Assembly (NCBI GenBank): GCA_964293265.1
Contig: CAXYYR010000001.1
Coordinates: 1-58,039, forward strand
Origin: an uncultured Propionibacterium sp.
GTDB taxonomy: Bacteria; Actinomycetota; Actinomycetes; Propionibacteriales; Propionibacteriaceae
Direction: 5' to 3'
DNA length: 58,039 nt
Shown here: positions 48,035 through 57,985 of the stretch, in pieces
How positions within the stretch are numbered: the stretch's first letter is position 1
Layout: every line of letters begins with the position of its first letter
The notes under the pieces: model-generated
Database searches by the model: none
Told to the model about the DNA's origin: nothing
What the model saw: only the letters and a program-made list of their open reading frames with translations
Position numbers and translations under genes: made by a program

Positions 48035-49536
48035 TGGCTGCAAGTGAATTAGAGATCCGCACATATGGCAACTGGCGCCGTCCCACCTCGGGCGGTCTGA
48101 TGGGCCTCGGATCGATCGGGACAGTATTCATGTTTGGCTGGCTGGTGTGTGCCGTCCTTGTGACTGGCGTCTCCGGGCTGGGTGCCGGCCTGATCGCGTT
48201 CGGGATTGGGGTCGGGCTCTGGGCGATGATCATCACCAAGGATGTTCACGGCCAATCGCTTGGTGCCCGGATGGGTGCCAGGTTGGGCTGGTGGGCTGCG
48301 CACCGCCGTGGCGGCAACATGTACCGGTCAGGCCCTATTGGTGCGGCAGCCGGCGGCCATTTTCGTCTGCCCGGCGTTGCTGCGCAGCTTGAAGTCAGCG
48401 AGGCCAGGGACGGCTATGACCGTCCGTTTGCGATGATCTGGTGCCCGAAGCAGGCGACGTACACGGTTGTGTTGTCGTCTGATCCTGATGGTGCTGCGCT
48501 GGTGGATACCGAGCAGATCGATATTGAGGTGGCCACCTGGGGCAGGTGGCTGAGCGGGCTGGCCGACGAGTCCGGCCTGATTGCCGCGTCGGTGACGGTG
48601 GAAACGGCACCGGACCCGGGCACCCGGCTGCGGCGGGAAGTGACCTCCAGACAGTCACCGTCGGCACCAGAATTCGCAGCGAACGTGCTGGGCGATGTGA
48701 TGGAGTCGTATCCGTCGGGTTCTTCGACGGTGCGTTCATTCATCACTGCCACGTTCAAAGCGGCAGTCCATGGCACGGGCCGCAAGCGGGATGCCGACGA
48801 GATGGCCCGCGTGTTGGCCACCCGGATGCGGGGCATGACGGGTGGTCTGGCGGGCACCGGTGCAGGTGCTGTCCGGCCTGTGGACGCCCAGGAGCTGTGC
48901 GAGATTGTCAGGACCGCCTACGATCCGAGCGCCGCCGAGCTCATCGAGGAAGCGAACGCCGCCGGTGACCAGCTGCCGTTGCAGTGGGCTGATGTGGGCC
49001 CGGTCGCTGCCGACGCGACCTGGGACAGCTATCACCATGATGATGCGTGGTCCCGCACCTGGGCGATGTCTGAAGCCCCCCGAGGCGTAGTGCAGTCCCA
49101 TGTGCTGGCCCGGGTTCTGGCTCCCAATGAGGATGTGGCCCGCAAGCGGGTCACGCTGCTTTTCCATCGGGTGCCCTCATCCAAGGCCCCCACGACAGTG
49201 GAGAAGGACCTGGATGCGGCCGAGATGCGCAAGTCGTCTGCCCGGCGGGCCTCAGCCCGCGCCGAGCGGGATGTGAGCCAAGCCAAGACCAGCGCAAACG
49301 AGGAAGCCTCAGGCGCCGGACTTGTCGAGTTCGGGTGCCTCATCACCGCCACGGTCGCCAAGCAGGAGGCCATGGAAGACATGGCCGCAACCATGGAGGA
49401 TCTGGCGGCATCGTCACGTCTGAGGGTGCGCACCGTGTTCGGATCTCAGGATTCAGCGTTCGCGGCTGCGCTTCCGTTGGGTCTGGTGCTGCGTGAACAT
49501 CTGACCGTTTCTGCGAGCCTCCAGGGGAAGATATGA
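48031..49536 (+). CDS. SCO6880-family conjugation protein
   Basis: RTYGNWRRP, two TMs, QDSAFAAALPLG; precedes the VirB4-like ATPase. Confidence 0.82.
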   Translation: MMAASELEIRTYGNWRRPTSGGLMGLGSIGTVFMFGWLVCAVLVTGVSGLGAGLIAFGIGVGLWAMIITKDVHGQSLGARMGARLGWWAAHRRGGNMYRSGPIGAAAGGHFRLPGVAAQLEVSEARDGYDRPFAMIWCPKQATYTVVLSSDPDGAALVDTEQIDIEVATWGRWLSGLADESGLIAASVTVETAPDPGTRLRREVTSRQSPSAPEFAANVLGDVMESYPSGSSTVRSFITATFKAAVHGTGRKRDADEMARVLATRMRGMTGGLAGTGAGAVRPVDAQELCEIVRTAYDPSAAELIEEANAAGDQLPLQWADVGPVAADATWDSYHHDDAWSRTWAMSEAPRGVVQSHVLARVLAPNEDVARKRVTLLFHRVPSSKAPTTVEKDLDAAEMRKSSARRASARAERDVSQAKTSANEEASGAGLVEFGCLITATVAKQEAMEDMAATMEDLAASSRLRVRTVFGSQDSAFAAALPLGLVLREHLTVSASLQGKI

Positions 49537-51029
49537 GCCGCGCCAAGCAGACTGCACCGGACGAGTTCATTGTTCGTCCCGGCGATGTTCACGAAAACCC
49601 CGGCATCCGGGGCTATCTGGGGCCCGGTGGCGGCAGGTCGGCATATTTGCAGCCGGAGGCAGTGTTCCGTGGCACCACGGTGCAGGTGTGCGGGCTATGG
49701 CCGTTTTCGGTGGGTGCCGGCACCCCCATGGTGGGTGTGCCGCTCGGTCGGCATTTGGGGACCGGCGCGGCAGTGTGCGCGGACCCCATCGGCTGGTTCC
49801 AATCGGGACTGATCTCCAACCCGTCGCTGTTCCTGATGGGGCTGCCGGGGTTGGGGAAGTCCACAGTTGCCCGCCGGCTCGCGGTGGGGTCGGCAGGGTT
49901 CGGGATTCAGCCGCTCGTGTTGGGTGATCTCAAACCTGACTATGTGGATCTGGTTCGGGCTCTGGGCGGCCAGGTCATCACGCTGGGCCGCGGGCGTGGC
50001 CATCTCAATGTGCTCGATCCCGGCGAGGCGACCGGGGCGGCAGTGAAGCTGAAAGCAGCAGGCCACGAGAAGGAGGCTTCCGAAGTGTTGGCTGACGCCC
50101 ATTCCAGGCGGCTCACCATCGTGTTGGCGCTGTTGACGATTCTGCGGAAGACCCGGCCTTCTGACCGGGAAGAATCCATTGTGGATCGTGCCCTGCGGGT
50201 GCTCGATGACCGTCTGGATTCTGTTCCGGTGCTGCCGGATCTGTTGCAGGTGTTGCGTGATGCGCCCGAGTCGGTGCGAGCTGCCGCCCTGGATCGTGGC
50301 GACATGACGCGTTATTTGCAGGTGACCGAGGATCTGGAAGCATCCCTCATTGCTCTGGTGGGTGGCGGTTCGCTGGGGGAAATGTTTGCTGCCCCCACGG
50401 CCGAGCCGATGAAACGTGATTCGCCGGTGGTGTATGACATTTCGGCTATCGGTGAGGACGAGAACGATCTGGCGGCCGCCGCACTGTTGGCGTGCTGGTC
50501 TGCCGGATTCGGCACGGTCAACGTGGCGAACGCCCTGGCAGATGCCGGTTTGGAGCCGCGCCGCCACTATCTGGTGATCCTTGACGAGTTGTGGCGGGCG
50601 TTGCGGGCCGGTGAGGGGATGGTGGATCGGATCGATGCGCTGACCCGGCTGAACCGGCAGAGGGGTGTGGGTCAGATCATGTGCACCCACACGATGTCCG
50701 ATCTCAACTCGCTGGCGACCCCTGAGGATCGGATGAAGGCACGAGGGTTCGTGGAGCGGGCCGGCATGGTGATCTGTGGTGGCCTGCCTGGCCGTGAGAT
50801 GGATCAGCTCACCCAGGTGGTGCCGATGTCGAAAGCAGAGCAGGAGCTGCTCAAGAGCTGGCAGAATCCGCCGGCTTGGGATTCCCGCCGCAATGTGGAG
50901 ACCGCACCTCCGGGACGCGGCAAGTTTTTGGTGAAGGTGGGTGGCCGGCCCGGGATTCCGGTGCAGGTCGAACTGACCGCCACAGAAATGGCGATCAACG
51001 ACACCAACAAAATGTGGCACGAAGAATAG
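49533..51029 (+). CDS. VirB4-like conjugative ATPase
   Basis: GLPGLGKS, GDLKPDY, VILDELW, RLNRQRG. Confidence 0.88.
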   Translation: MSRAKQTAPDEFIVRPGDVHENPGIRGYLGPGGGRSAYLQPEAVFRGTTVQVCGLWPFSVGAGTPMVGVPLGRHLGTGAAVCADPIGWFQSGLISNPSLFLMGLPGLGKSTVARRLAVGSAGFGIQPLVLGDLKPDYVDLVRALGGQVITLGRGRGHLNVLDPGEATGAAVKLKAAGHEKEASEVLADAHSRRLTIVLALLTILRKTRPSDREESIVDRALRVLDDRLDSVPVLPDLLQVLRDAPESVRAAALDRGDMTRYLQVTEDLEASLIALVGGGSLGEMFAAPTAEPMKRDSPVVYDISAIGEDENDLAAAALLACWSAGFGTVNVANALADAGLEPRRHYLVILDELWRALRAGEGMVDRIDALTRLNRQRGVGQIMCTHTMSDLNSLATPEDRMKARGFVERAGMVICGGLPGREMDQLTQVVPMSKAEQELLKSWQNPPAWDSRRNVETAPPGRGKFLVKVGGRPGIPVQVELTATEMAINDTNKMWHEE

Positions 51030-51041
51030 AAAGGCCCGACG

Positions 51042-52703
51042 ATGCCGTCACAAAAGACTTCCGGCCAGCTCAGCCCCCAAGAGATCCTTGTTGGTTTGGG
51101 GATCGGGACAGTGGCTGTGGGTGTCGCCGGTTTTGAAGTGGCCATGCAGGCCGGAACCCGGATTGAAGGCCAGCCTGTGCCGGCATCGTGGAATCCGTTT
51201 GATCTAATCATCGGATTGAAGGCCGGCACGCTGGTGTGGCCTGGTTGGATCGGCTGGCTGTTGGCGGTGCTGGTGGCTGGCGGCCTGGTGGGGGGCGCCA
51301 CATTGGTTCGTGGCTGGCTGGCACCGGTTGCGGGCGGGAAGAAGCGGGGGGGTGCGGGCGCCCACCACTTGGGAGCCGGCCAGGACATCAGTCCTGTGAC
51401 ACAGCAGGCGGCGCAGCTGAAAGCTGATCGGTTCGGGGTGGAATCCCCCGGGTTACCGATCGGTGTCACTGTTGTCGGCAACCGCCAGCTGGTGGCGTCG
51501 TGGGAAGACACCCAGGTCGATATTTGGGGCCCCAGGACCGGCAAAACGACCTGTCGGGCTATCCCGGAAGTGTTGGCTGCGCCGGGGCCTGTCATTGCCA
51601 CATCGAACAAGCGGGATCTTTCCGATGCGACTGCCCCCATCAGGGCAGAACGTGGCCACGTGTGGCTGTTCGATCCGAATGATGTAGCAGGCGGTGTGCC
51701 CGACTGGTGGTGGAATCCGCTCAGCTATGTGACCGATGAGACCACGGCGGCGACGATGGCCAACAATTTTGCTGCGGCCGGAAGAACGGCAGCTGATCGT
51801 GCCGATGCACACTTTGAGAACAACGGTAAAGCGTTGAATGCGGCCCTGTTGTTGGCGGCCGCATGCAGCAGCCAACCGATCACGATGGTGTGGAACTGGT
51901 TGAACCGGTCATCCGATCCGGCGCCCTTGGAGGCTCTGGAGGATACCGGTTTCGTTCTCATGGCCGATGAGCTGCGGGGTATTTATACGACACCCAGCGA
52001 TGAGCGCGGCTCAATCTTTTCGACTGCCCGCAGGCAAGCGCATTGGCTGACGAATTCGGCTGTGCTGCCCTGGGTGTGTGCATCCGGCCCCAACGATGCC
52101 CGGCCCCAGTTTTCGCCAGCCTCGTTCGCCACCTCAACCGACACGCTGTTCTCCCTTTCCAGAGAAGGACAGGGATCGGCTGGTGCGCTGGTCACATCGT
52201 TGACCGTGGCAGTGACTGAGGCTGCCGAGCAGGCCGCCACCCTCCAGGCGTCAGGCCGCCTGGCGGTGCCCCTGGTCGCGGTCCTCGATGAGGCGGCCAA
52301 CGTGTGCCGATGGCCGCAGCTGCCGGATCTTTATTCCCATTTCGGGTCGCGTGGCATCGTGCTTTCGACGTTCCTTCAGTCCTGGTCGCAGGGTGTGGAG
52401 GTGTGGGGCGAAGAAGGGATGCGCAAGCTGTGGTCTGCCGCCAACGTGCGGGTCTTTGGTGGCGGTGTCGCAGATGTGAAGTTCCTTGAAGAACTCTCCA
52501 AGCTGCTCGGCTCCCACGATGTACTCGTGTCGTCATCGAGCCGATCCAACCACGGCACCAGTCAGTCGAGCTCGTGGCGGCGGGACAGGATCATGGATGT
52601 GGATGATCTGGGTGCTCTGCCGCAAGGCCGGGCGTTGGTGCTTGCATCTGGAGCTCGACCCACGATGATCCGCACCCAGCATTGGCAGGAGACCCAGAAA
52701 TGA
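51042..52703 (+). CDS. Type IV coupling protein (VirD4/TraG family)
   Basis: Two N-terminal TMs, GPRTGKT, TSNK, VLDEAAN, LQSWSQ. Confidence 0.92.
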   Translation: MPSQKTSGQLSPQEILVGLGIGTVAVGVAGFEVAMQAGTRIEGQPVPASWNPFDLIIGLKAGTLVWPGWIGWLLAVLVAGGLVGGATLVRGWLAPVAGGKKRGGAGAHHLGAGQDISPVTQQAAQLKADRFGVESPGLPIGVTVVGNRQLVASWEDTQVDIWGPRTGKTTCRAIPEVLAAPGPVIATSNKRDLSDATAPIRAERGHVWLFDPNDVAGGVPDWWWNPLSYVTDETTAATMANNFAAAGRTAADRADAHFENNGKALNAALLLAAACSSQPITMVWNWLNRSSDPAPLEALEDTGFVLMADELRGIYTTPSDERGSIFSTARRQAHWLTNSAVLPWVCASGPNDARPQFSPASFATSTDTLFSLSREGQGSAGALVTSLTVAVTEAAEQAATLQASGRLAVPLVAVLDEAANVCRWPQLPDLYSHFGSRGIVLSTFLQSWSQGVEVWGEEGMRKLWSAANVRVFGGGVADVKFLEELSKLLGSHDVLVSSSSRSNHGTSQSSSWRRDRIMDVDDLGALPQGRALVLASGARPTMIRTQHWQETQK

Positions 52704-53188
52704 GTGAACCCGAATGGGACCCTAAAGCAGATGCCGATGTGTCCCAAACGTTGGTAGCTGAGGCAGAAGAAGCATTTGGCACAGCTGATTCTGTGGCAGG
52801 GGCCGCTGCCGGCGGCCAGAAAAAGGTACCGGAGTGTTTCTACCCGTCGCTTGATGAGTGGGTGCGTGGCTGGCTGCGCTACAACTATCGCCGGTGGATC
52901 GACGGGAATCAGCTTGTGTGGGCCCGGGATTGGTGGGCCTACCCTGAGGCCAAGTCGCGTCTGAGCGGGCTCTGGTTGGCGTGGGAGGCTTCCAGGAACG
53001 AGCCCGGAGCGATGGTGCAGTGGTGGATTCGGTGGGCCGATCCAACCATGAGAATGCTGACCGATCCCCAGGGGCCGCTAGGCGCGGCCGCGCTCGATGA
53101 AAAGAACCAGTCGAAACGCACAGAGCCGCTCAAGTGTGACCCTGATCCCACGGTCAGGGTCACACTTGGCGCAGATCACAGCGACTGA
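52700..53188 (+). CDS. DUF4913-like protein
   Basis: YPSLDEWV, W..WW.YPEA..RL..LW.AWE..R, QWW...DP.M..L.DP.GP. Confidence 0.82.
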   Translation: MSEPEWDPKADADVSQTLVAEAEEAFGTADSVAGAAAGGQKKVPECFYPSLDEWVRGWLRYNYRRWIDGNQLVWARDWWAYPEAKSRLSGLWLAWEASRNEPGAMVQWWIRWADPTMRMLTDPQGPLGAAALDEKNQSKRTEPLKCDPDPTVRVTLGADHSD

Positions 53189-54141
53189 GTGTTGGCCAAA
53201 GTGGCTGACAGCTGCTGGGCAAGGTCGTCAGCCGGATCGACGGCTTGTGTCACCGGCAGTGCAGCGCCCGGCTGGAACGACATTTGCGTGTCGGTGAGCA
53301 TCTCAGCCTGAATGGCCTCGGCCGGCACCCCGGCTTCTTGCAGTCCAGCTTCTTTCAGGTCACGCCGCTCAGCGGTGTCCCATTCCATGGTGTCGGCTGC
53401 CACTTCCACCTGGGCGATGTCTGCGGCATCCTGGCCGGCCGGGACCAGATCCTTTTTGCGTGCCACCACTTCTTCAACCGTGGATTGATCCAAGGTCGGG
53501 AACTGTTCGGTGATCTCGTCGGCCGTATCGAGGCCTGCGAGCCGCTCAGCCTGCTCAATGATGTCGGCATGTTCGCTCGTGTAGGCAAGGTCGGGCATCG
53601 TCATCAGCTCGTCTGCATTCAACACGGCTGCGGCCCCCACAACGACTGCTGCCGCAGCTGCGGCACTGCCAGCGTCCCGTACCGGTGTGGGTGCCGGCAC
53701 CGAGGCCGCCTGTTGGCGTGCCTGTGCGTTGGCCTGGGCAATGTCTGCCCGCTCCTGGGCTTGCAGGGCATCGTCGTGTGCGTAGGCAGCTTGCTGCTCG
53801 GCCTGGTAGCGCTGGGCGAGTTCCTCTTGGAACTGGGCGGCCTGCTGTGACAGTGCCGGGTCGTTGCGGAACTGCTGTGCGTCGCGGGTGGTGGTGGCGA
53901 TGTCATGCCGTGTGGCATGGTCCCACCAGCCTCTGCTGTTCGCTGCTGCCAGGCGCGTCTTCGCTGCACCCCGCTCTGCTGCAAGTTGGGCTTGCAAGGC
54001 CCGGGTGTTTGCTTCGGAGCGCTGGCGGGCTTCTGCGAGCTGACGTTGCCGGACCTGGGCGATGATGCGGCCCAGTTGGCTGGCTGCCGCCACGACGGTG
54101 CGCATGTGTGTGCCGGAGAGTTCGTCTATCCCATCTGACAT
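53176..54141 (-). CDS. Hypothetical coiled-coil protein downstream of the relaxase
   Basis: MSDGIDE start after a GGAAAGG RBS; Ala/Gln-rich; WDTAERR motif. Confidence 0.75.
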   Translation of the reverse strand: MSDGIDELSGTHMRTVVAAASQLGRIIAQVRQRQLAEARQRSEANTRALQAQLAAERGAAKTRLAAANSRGWWDHATRHDIATTTRDAQQFRNDPALSQQAAQFQEELAQRYQAEQQAAYAHDDALQAQERADIAQANAQARQQAASVPAPTPVRDAGSAAAAAAVVVGAAAVLNADELMTMPDLAYTSEHADIIEQAERLAGLDTADEITEQFPTLDQSTVEEVVARKKDLVPAGQDAADIAQVEVAADTMEWDTAERRDLKEAGLQEAGVPAEAIQAEMLTDTQMSFQPGAALPVTQAVDPADDLAQQLSATLANTQSL

Positions 54142-54155
54142 GGGTGTGCCTTTCC

Positions 54156-56066
54156 CTAGAGAGTTTGCGTATTGGTGTCCTGGGCGATCTGTTGGAGATC
54201 ATCCATATCCATGTCACGGCCAAATCCGCTGCCGGCGGTGCTGGGATGTTCGCGGGCTTCGCGGGCCTGCCTGATGGCCGCCACCGATCCTGCAATCCGC
54301 CAATCCTGCTGGGTGCCCTCCAGCCTCGGGTCGCGCGGGTTCTCGATGGCGATGAGTTGCAGCTTGTCCTGGTTGGTGAGTTCCTGGGCAGAGTCGAGTG
54401 CTTTCCATTCGACGGAGAAACCGCCAGCCCTCTTGTAGTCCTGGATCATCTTGCCTCCGGTGTGGGCGACCTCGGTCTTCACGGCCTGCTCGATTGCTTG
54501 CGCTTCATGCAGCCGCGCGGACTCTTTGAGGGTCAAAAAGATTTGGCGGCTCATGGACATGAGGCTGCGTATAACAGCGATCTGCGCGGCCGCTGGTGAG
54601 CGGGTGCCGGCAGCGGCAACAAGCGTTGCTGAAGACAGCACGCTTACCGTCGATGGGGTTGCCGGATGATCTTCGCGGTGCACGGTGGATGCTGTGCGGC
54701 CAAGTGCTTTCGCTGCATGAGCAAGCGGGCCGGGTTCCGGCTCGATGGTCCTTGACCATTGGGCATAGACGCCTGCAACACCGCGTGCAACATGGGACCA
54801 CTGGGCCTGGTTCTCCACCGGAGTGGTGGCCAGCTGGTGTGCGGCCTTGGAGAGTTCCCTGGCGATCTGGCGGTACTGGTTGGCGCTCAGCTCTGCCGGC
54901 TCGGCGCCGGCGGTGATACGCCGGTTCTGTCGTGCAGCTTGCCACTGTTCAAGGGGCTGTGTGCCTGCCCTTGCACCCCACCCGTCTCGCAGGCGTGGGA
55001 GCGACAAGTCCCGGCCGAGATGGCCTCCGCCGTACCAGGTGGGTCGCTCCCCCACGGCCGGTTTTTGTGCGACCGAATAGCCGACCACGGTGTCTGTTCC
55101 GCCGGTTTGGAACCGTGGCCTGATCAGCATTCCATCTGCGCGGCAACGTCGGATGAATGCGTCTTCGCTGGTCGCTCCGGCGGCTGCCGCCCGCACTTTC
55201 AGGGCGAGCAGATAGCGCGGCTGGTCGGCCGAAATCTGTTCACCGATCCGCCGGTTCTTCTCGGCGGGAGGAAGCTGCTCCCATGTTGGGGGGTTGTTAT
55301 CTTTGCGGTGCAGCCTCCATGCGAGCTGGGCTTTGTATTCGGCTGTGAAGTATTTGAGGCCGATGCGATCATCTGCCCATTCTTCGATCATTGCGCGCCG
55401 CTTGTCGCCGGGAAGTTCCTGCCATTGCGGGATCACGCCAGCCTCGCGGCGTTCGCTTTGGTAGATGGCGCGGGCGCGTTCACGAGCCTGGGCTTGTTGC
55501 TCCGCCGGGTCGTAACCTTGCTCGACAACAAGCTGTCGTGACTCCAACGGTGCGAGCCCATGCAAGGTTTCCAGGGCCCGGCAGGTGGTCTGCGCTTTCT
55601 TGAAGTCAAGCCAGGTGTTTGCCTTAGTGCCGTCATCGCGGACAAGGTTCACCACCAGGTGGATGTGGTCGTTGCCGTTCTGCGACACCCCGTGGCGCAC
55701 CGCAACCCACCGGCATGGTTCGCGGGTTCCCTGTTGATCATCGAAGCCCATCCCTGTGACAAAGTCTTCCGCGATCTCCTGCCATTTCTCGTCGCTCAAC
55801 ATGCCCTCGTCTGCCCGGATGGCCAGCGAGCAATGCCACACGTGGCCACCGTTCACAGTGACACCCAAACGCTTGCGGGCACGGTCAAGATGGCGTGCCA
55901 TGAGTGCCGCATTTTCGTGATCAAGCTCTTTGCCCTGGTGCTGCGTCATGACCCAACTACTGCCGGCAACAAGATGCGGGTCGGTGTGCTCATTGCGTTT
56001 ACCTGGCCCCACCAGGTAACGCAGCACTCCCCCCATCCGGTCGCCACGGGTCACGTTCGGGATCAT
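54156..56066 (-). CDS. MOBP-type relaxase
   Basis: MIPNVTRG..LRYL, VWHCSL, AVRHG..NDHIHLVVN. Confidence 0.93.
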   Translation of the reverse strand: MIPNVTRGDRMGGVLRYLVGPGKRNEHTDPHLVAGSSWVMTQHQGKELDHENAALMARHLDRARKRLGVTVNGGHVWHCSLAIRADEGMLSDEKWQEIAEDFVTGMGFDDQQGTREPCRWVAVRHGVSQNGNDHIHLVVNLVRDDGTKANTWLDFKKAQTTCRALETLHGLAPLESRQLVVEQGYDPAEQQAQARERARAIYQSERREAGVIPQWQELPGDKRRAMIEEWADDRIGLKYFTAEYKAQLAWRLHRKDNNPPTWEQLPPAEKNRRIGEQISADQPRYLLALKVRAAAAGATSEDAFIRRCRADGMLIRPRFQTGGTDTVVGYSVAQKPAVGERPTWYGGGHLGRDLSLPRLRDGWGARAGTQPLEQWQAARQNRRITAGAEPAELSANQYRQIARELSKAAHQLATTPVENQAQWSHVARGVAGVYAQWSRTIEPEPGPLAHAAKALGRTASTVHREDHPATPSTVSVLSSATLVAAAGTRSPAAAQIAVIRSLMSMSRQIFLTLKESARLHEAQAIEQAVKTEVAHTGGKMIQDYKRAGGFSVEWKALDSAQELTNQDKLQLIAIENPRDPRLEGTQQDWRIAGSVAAIRQAREAREHPSTAGSGFGRDMDMDDLQQIAQDTNTQTL

Positions 56067-56071
56067 GAATC

Positions 56072-56452
56072 TCAGAGCCGATCCATGATGTCGTCCATGC
56101 GCATGTAAAGCCGCTTGATCGCTTCCAAAAGTGGCGTGAGCTCGGCCGGCAAATCATCACCGGAGTTCACCCGGCGAGTGATCTGGTTCATGTTGTTCGC
56201 AAGATTCGCCAGGAGCCGCTGGTGTCCAGCGAGCTGCGCAAGAACTTGGCGCCGATCCTGAATCATCGGCTCATCAGCCAGGCTCATGGTGGCTTCAACC
56301 ATGAGCTTGACGACACCCGCCCCATGCTTGGCGGCGAGTGCCTGGAGCTGTTCTTCCTGCTCAGCAGTCACTTTCACAAGATGTGAATGAACCCGCTCAC
56401 CATCGGTGCGCCGTTGGCGTTCACCGCCAAGTATCCGTCGAAGCTTCGACAT
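56072..56452 (-). CDS. mobC: MobC relaxosome accessory protein
   Basis: RHH-like VKVTAEQ..L; LANLANNMNQITRRVN; upstream of the relaxase. Confidence 0.88.
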   Translation of the reverse strand: MSKLRRILGGERQRRTDGERVHSHLVKVTAEQEEQLQALAAKHGAGVVKLMVEATMSLADEPMIQDRRQVLAQLAGHQRLLANLANNMNQITRRVNSGDDLPAELTPLLEAIKRLYMRMDDIMDRL

Positions 56453-56524
56453 GGCACCGCTCCCAATCTTTCAGCCCAGCGCAGCGACCCCAACCAGTTG
56501 GGGACCACACATCCAGTGTGGCAG

Positions 56525-56585
56525 ATGGCCGCCCTAAAGGCGAGCCATTTTCGAGATAGGATAATCCTATCTCTTAGCTTGCTCT
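56525..56585 (+). other. Putative oriT
   Basis: Perfect IR GAGATAGGAT-A-ATCCTATCTC (56553-56573) followed by TAGCTTG/C, resembling the MOBP nic YATCCTG/Y; lies upstream of mobC. Confidence 0.72.
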
Positions 56586-56691
56586 GCGTAAGACGGCTGT
56601 GCCGGATGGAGCGACTTCCGATTGTGTTGCGAGGGCAACGACAGATGCCCGAGCCGCGCGCCGAGTGCGCGAGTTGCCTACAGTGGTGGTC

Positions 56692-57009
56692 ATGGAAACT
56701 GAATCAGACACCGCGCAGGTCGGTGAGCGTGCCCGCACGCTGTTGGATGGAATGATTGGCTCAGTTGAATCGCTGTCCGACGCGATTCAACGTTCCCAGG
56801 AGGCGCAGCAGCGCGCCGCCGAAGAATTGAGGTCGGCGCGCGCGAGCTGGAAGGCCACCCTGAAAGCAGGGTGGACAGTCAAGCAGCTCGGTGAGCTCGG
56901 ATTGCGTGAACCATCGGCAAAGACGGTTCACACAACACCGCGCAAGCATGTGCAACGGACCGCCGGATCAGATCACGCCGATGCCGGGGTTGGGTCTCTC
57001 GCCCCGTGA
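56692..57009 (+). CDS. Hypothetical protein divergent from mobC
   Basis: Coiled coil then W..LKAGWTVKQL..LGL; start uncertain. Confidence 0.65.
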   Translation: METESDTAQVGERARTLLDGMIGSVESLSDAIQRSQEAQQRAAEELRSARASWKATLKAGWTVKQLGELGLREPSAKTVHTTPRKHVQRTAGSDHADAGVGSLAP

Positions 57010-57193
57010 CCACTTGTGGACGGCACGAGCTCCGCTCGGCTCGTCCCGCCCACAAGATGGACACCGGGACCCACAGAGCGTGTGCCCCCAAGGTGCGTAC
57101 CAAGTTGAGGCCGCAAGCATCAGCCTGGGCGTACGCACGATGGGGACACACTCACAAGTGAAACGCAGCGATTGAGACCAACAACATGCAGCA

Positions 57194-57234
57194 GATCGGT
57201 CCCGCACAATTCAGTGCGGGGCCGATCCATTTTT
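57194..57234. terminator. Terminator between convergent genes
   Basis: GATCGGTCCCGCAC-AATTCA-GTGCGGGGCCGATC followed by CATTTTT. Confidence 0.75.
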
Positions 57235-57246
57235 AAAATGAGCCGC

Positions 57247-57591
57247 CTACTTGTCGATGGCGGTCACTGTTTGTGGCCGGAGTGCAACGGCCACGGTGTC
57301 GGCACGAACTTTGTTGGCGAGCTTGTCGTTGTTGTCTCCCCAAACATCTGTGACCAAGGAACCAGTGAAAGTGATTTCGGTGTTCCCGCAAGCTTCCGCA
57401 GTGGAGACCAAGCGGACAGCTTGGTTGCCGGAAACGGTCAGGTCGTATGCGGTCACTGCCCCGTCCCGCCAGGCATCACCCTCTTTGATTCGGTCGGTGA
57501 CCAAGACACGTGCGAAGCAGTAGGGGCCGTGTTCTCCGTCGCGGAGTTCGGGAGTGGCGGCCAGCCAGCCGGTGCGTGCGATGTAGCTCAT
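57247..57591 (-). CDS. ssb: Single-stranded DNA-binding protein (short form)
   Basis: TGWLAATPELR, WRDG, FTGSL..W, VRADTVA OB-fold pattern; GAAAG RBS. Confidence 0.82.
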   Translation of the reverse strand: MSYIARTGWLAATPELRDGEHGPYCFARVLVTDRIKEGDAWRDGAVTAYDLTVSGNQAVRLVSTAEACGNTEITFTGSLVTDVWGDNNDKLANKVRADTVAVALRPQTVTAIDK

Positions 57592-57685
57592 GATTGTTCT
57601 CTTTCTGTCGAGTGTTGCTTGTTGGTGTGGTTGGTGGGCCGCGTTTCTAGTGTGGCCCATGTCGGTGGTCTTTTGCTTGTGTCAT

Positions 57686-57961
57686 CTAGCGTGCTGCGGC
57701 GCCAAGTTGGTTGTAGGGGCCGTCGTCTTCGAACCAGTTTTCAACCGGGCCTGCTGATTGGATCGCGTGGCCGGTGATGGCAACAAATCGGCGGGTTGGC
57801 CAGACGCAGCTATCCCATTCGTCGGGGACAGTGATGCAGTCGTGTGAGTATTCGGCCGCGTCCGGGTCGGTGTAGCGCTCGATGAGAGTAGTCCGCTCCC
57901 CTTCGTCGGTCGCCGCGTTGAGCAGCTCGACTATCTGGCCGGTGCTGATCATGGTGGTCAT
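57686..57961 (-). CDS. Hypothetical protein (leading region)
   Basis: AGGAG RBS, 91 aa, co-oriented with ssb. Confidence 0.65.
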   Translation of the reverse strand: MTTMISTGQIVELLNAATDEGERTTLIERYTDPDAAEYSHDCITVPDEWDSCVWPTRRFVAITGHAIQSAGPVENWFEDDGPYNQLGAAAR

Positions 57962-57985
57962 GATCTGTTCTCCTAGGTGTGTGGG

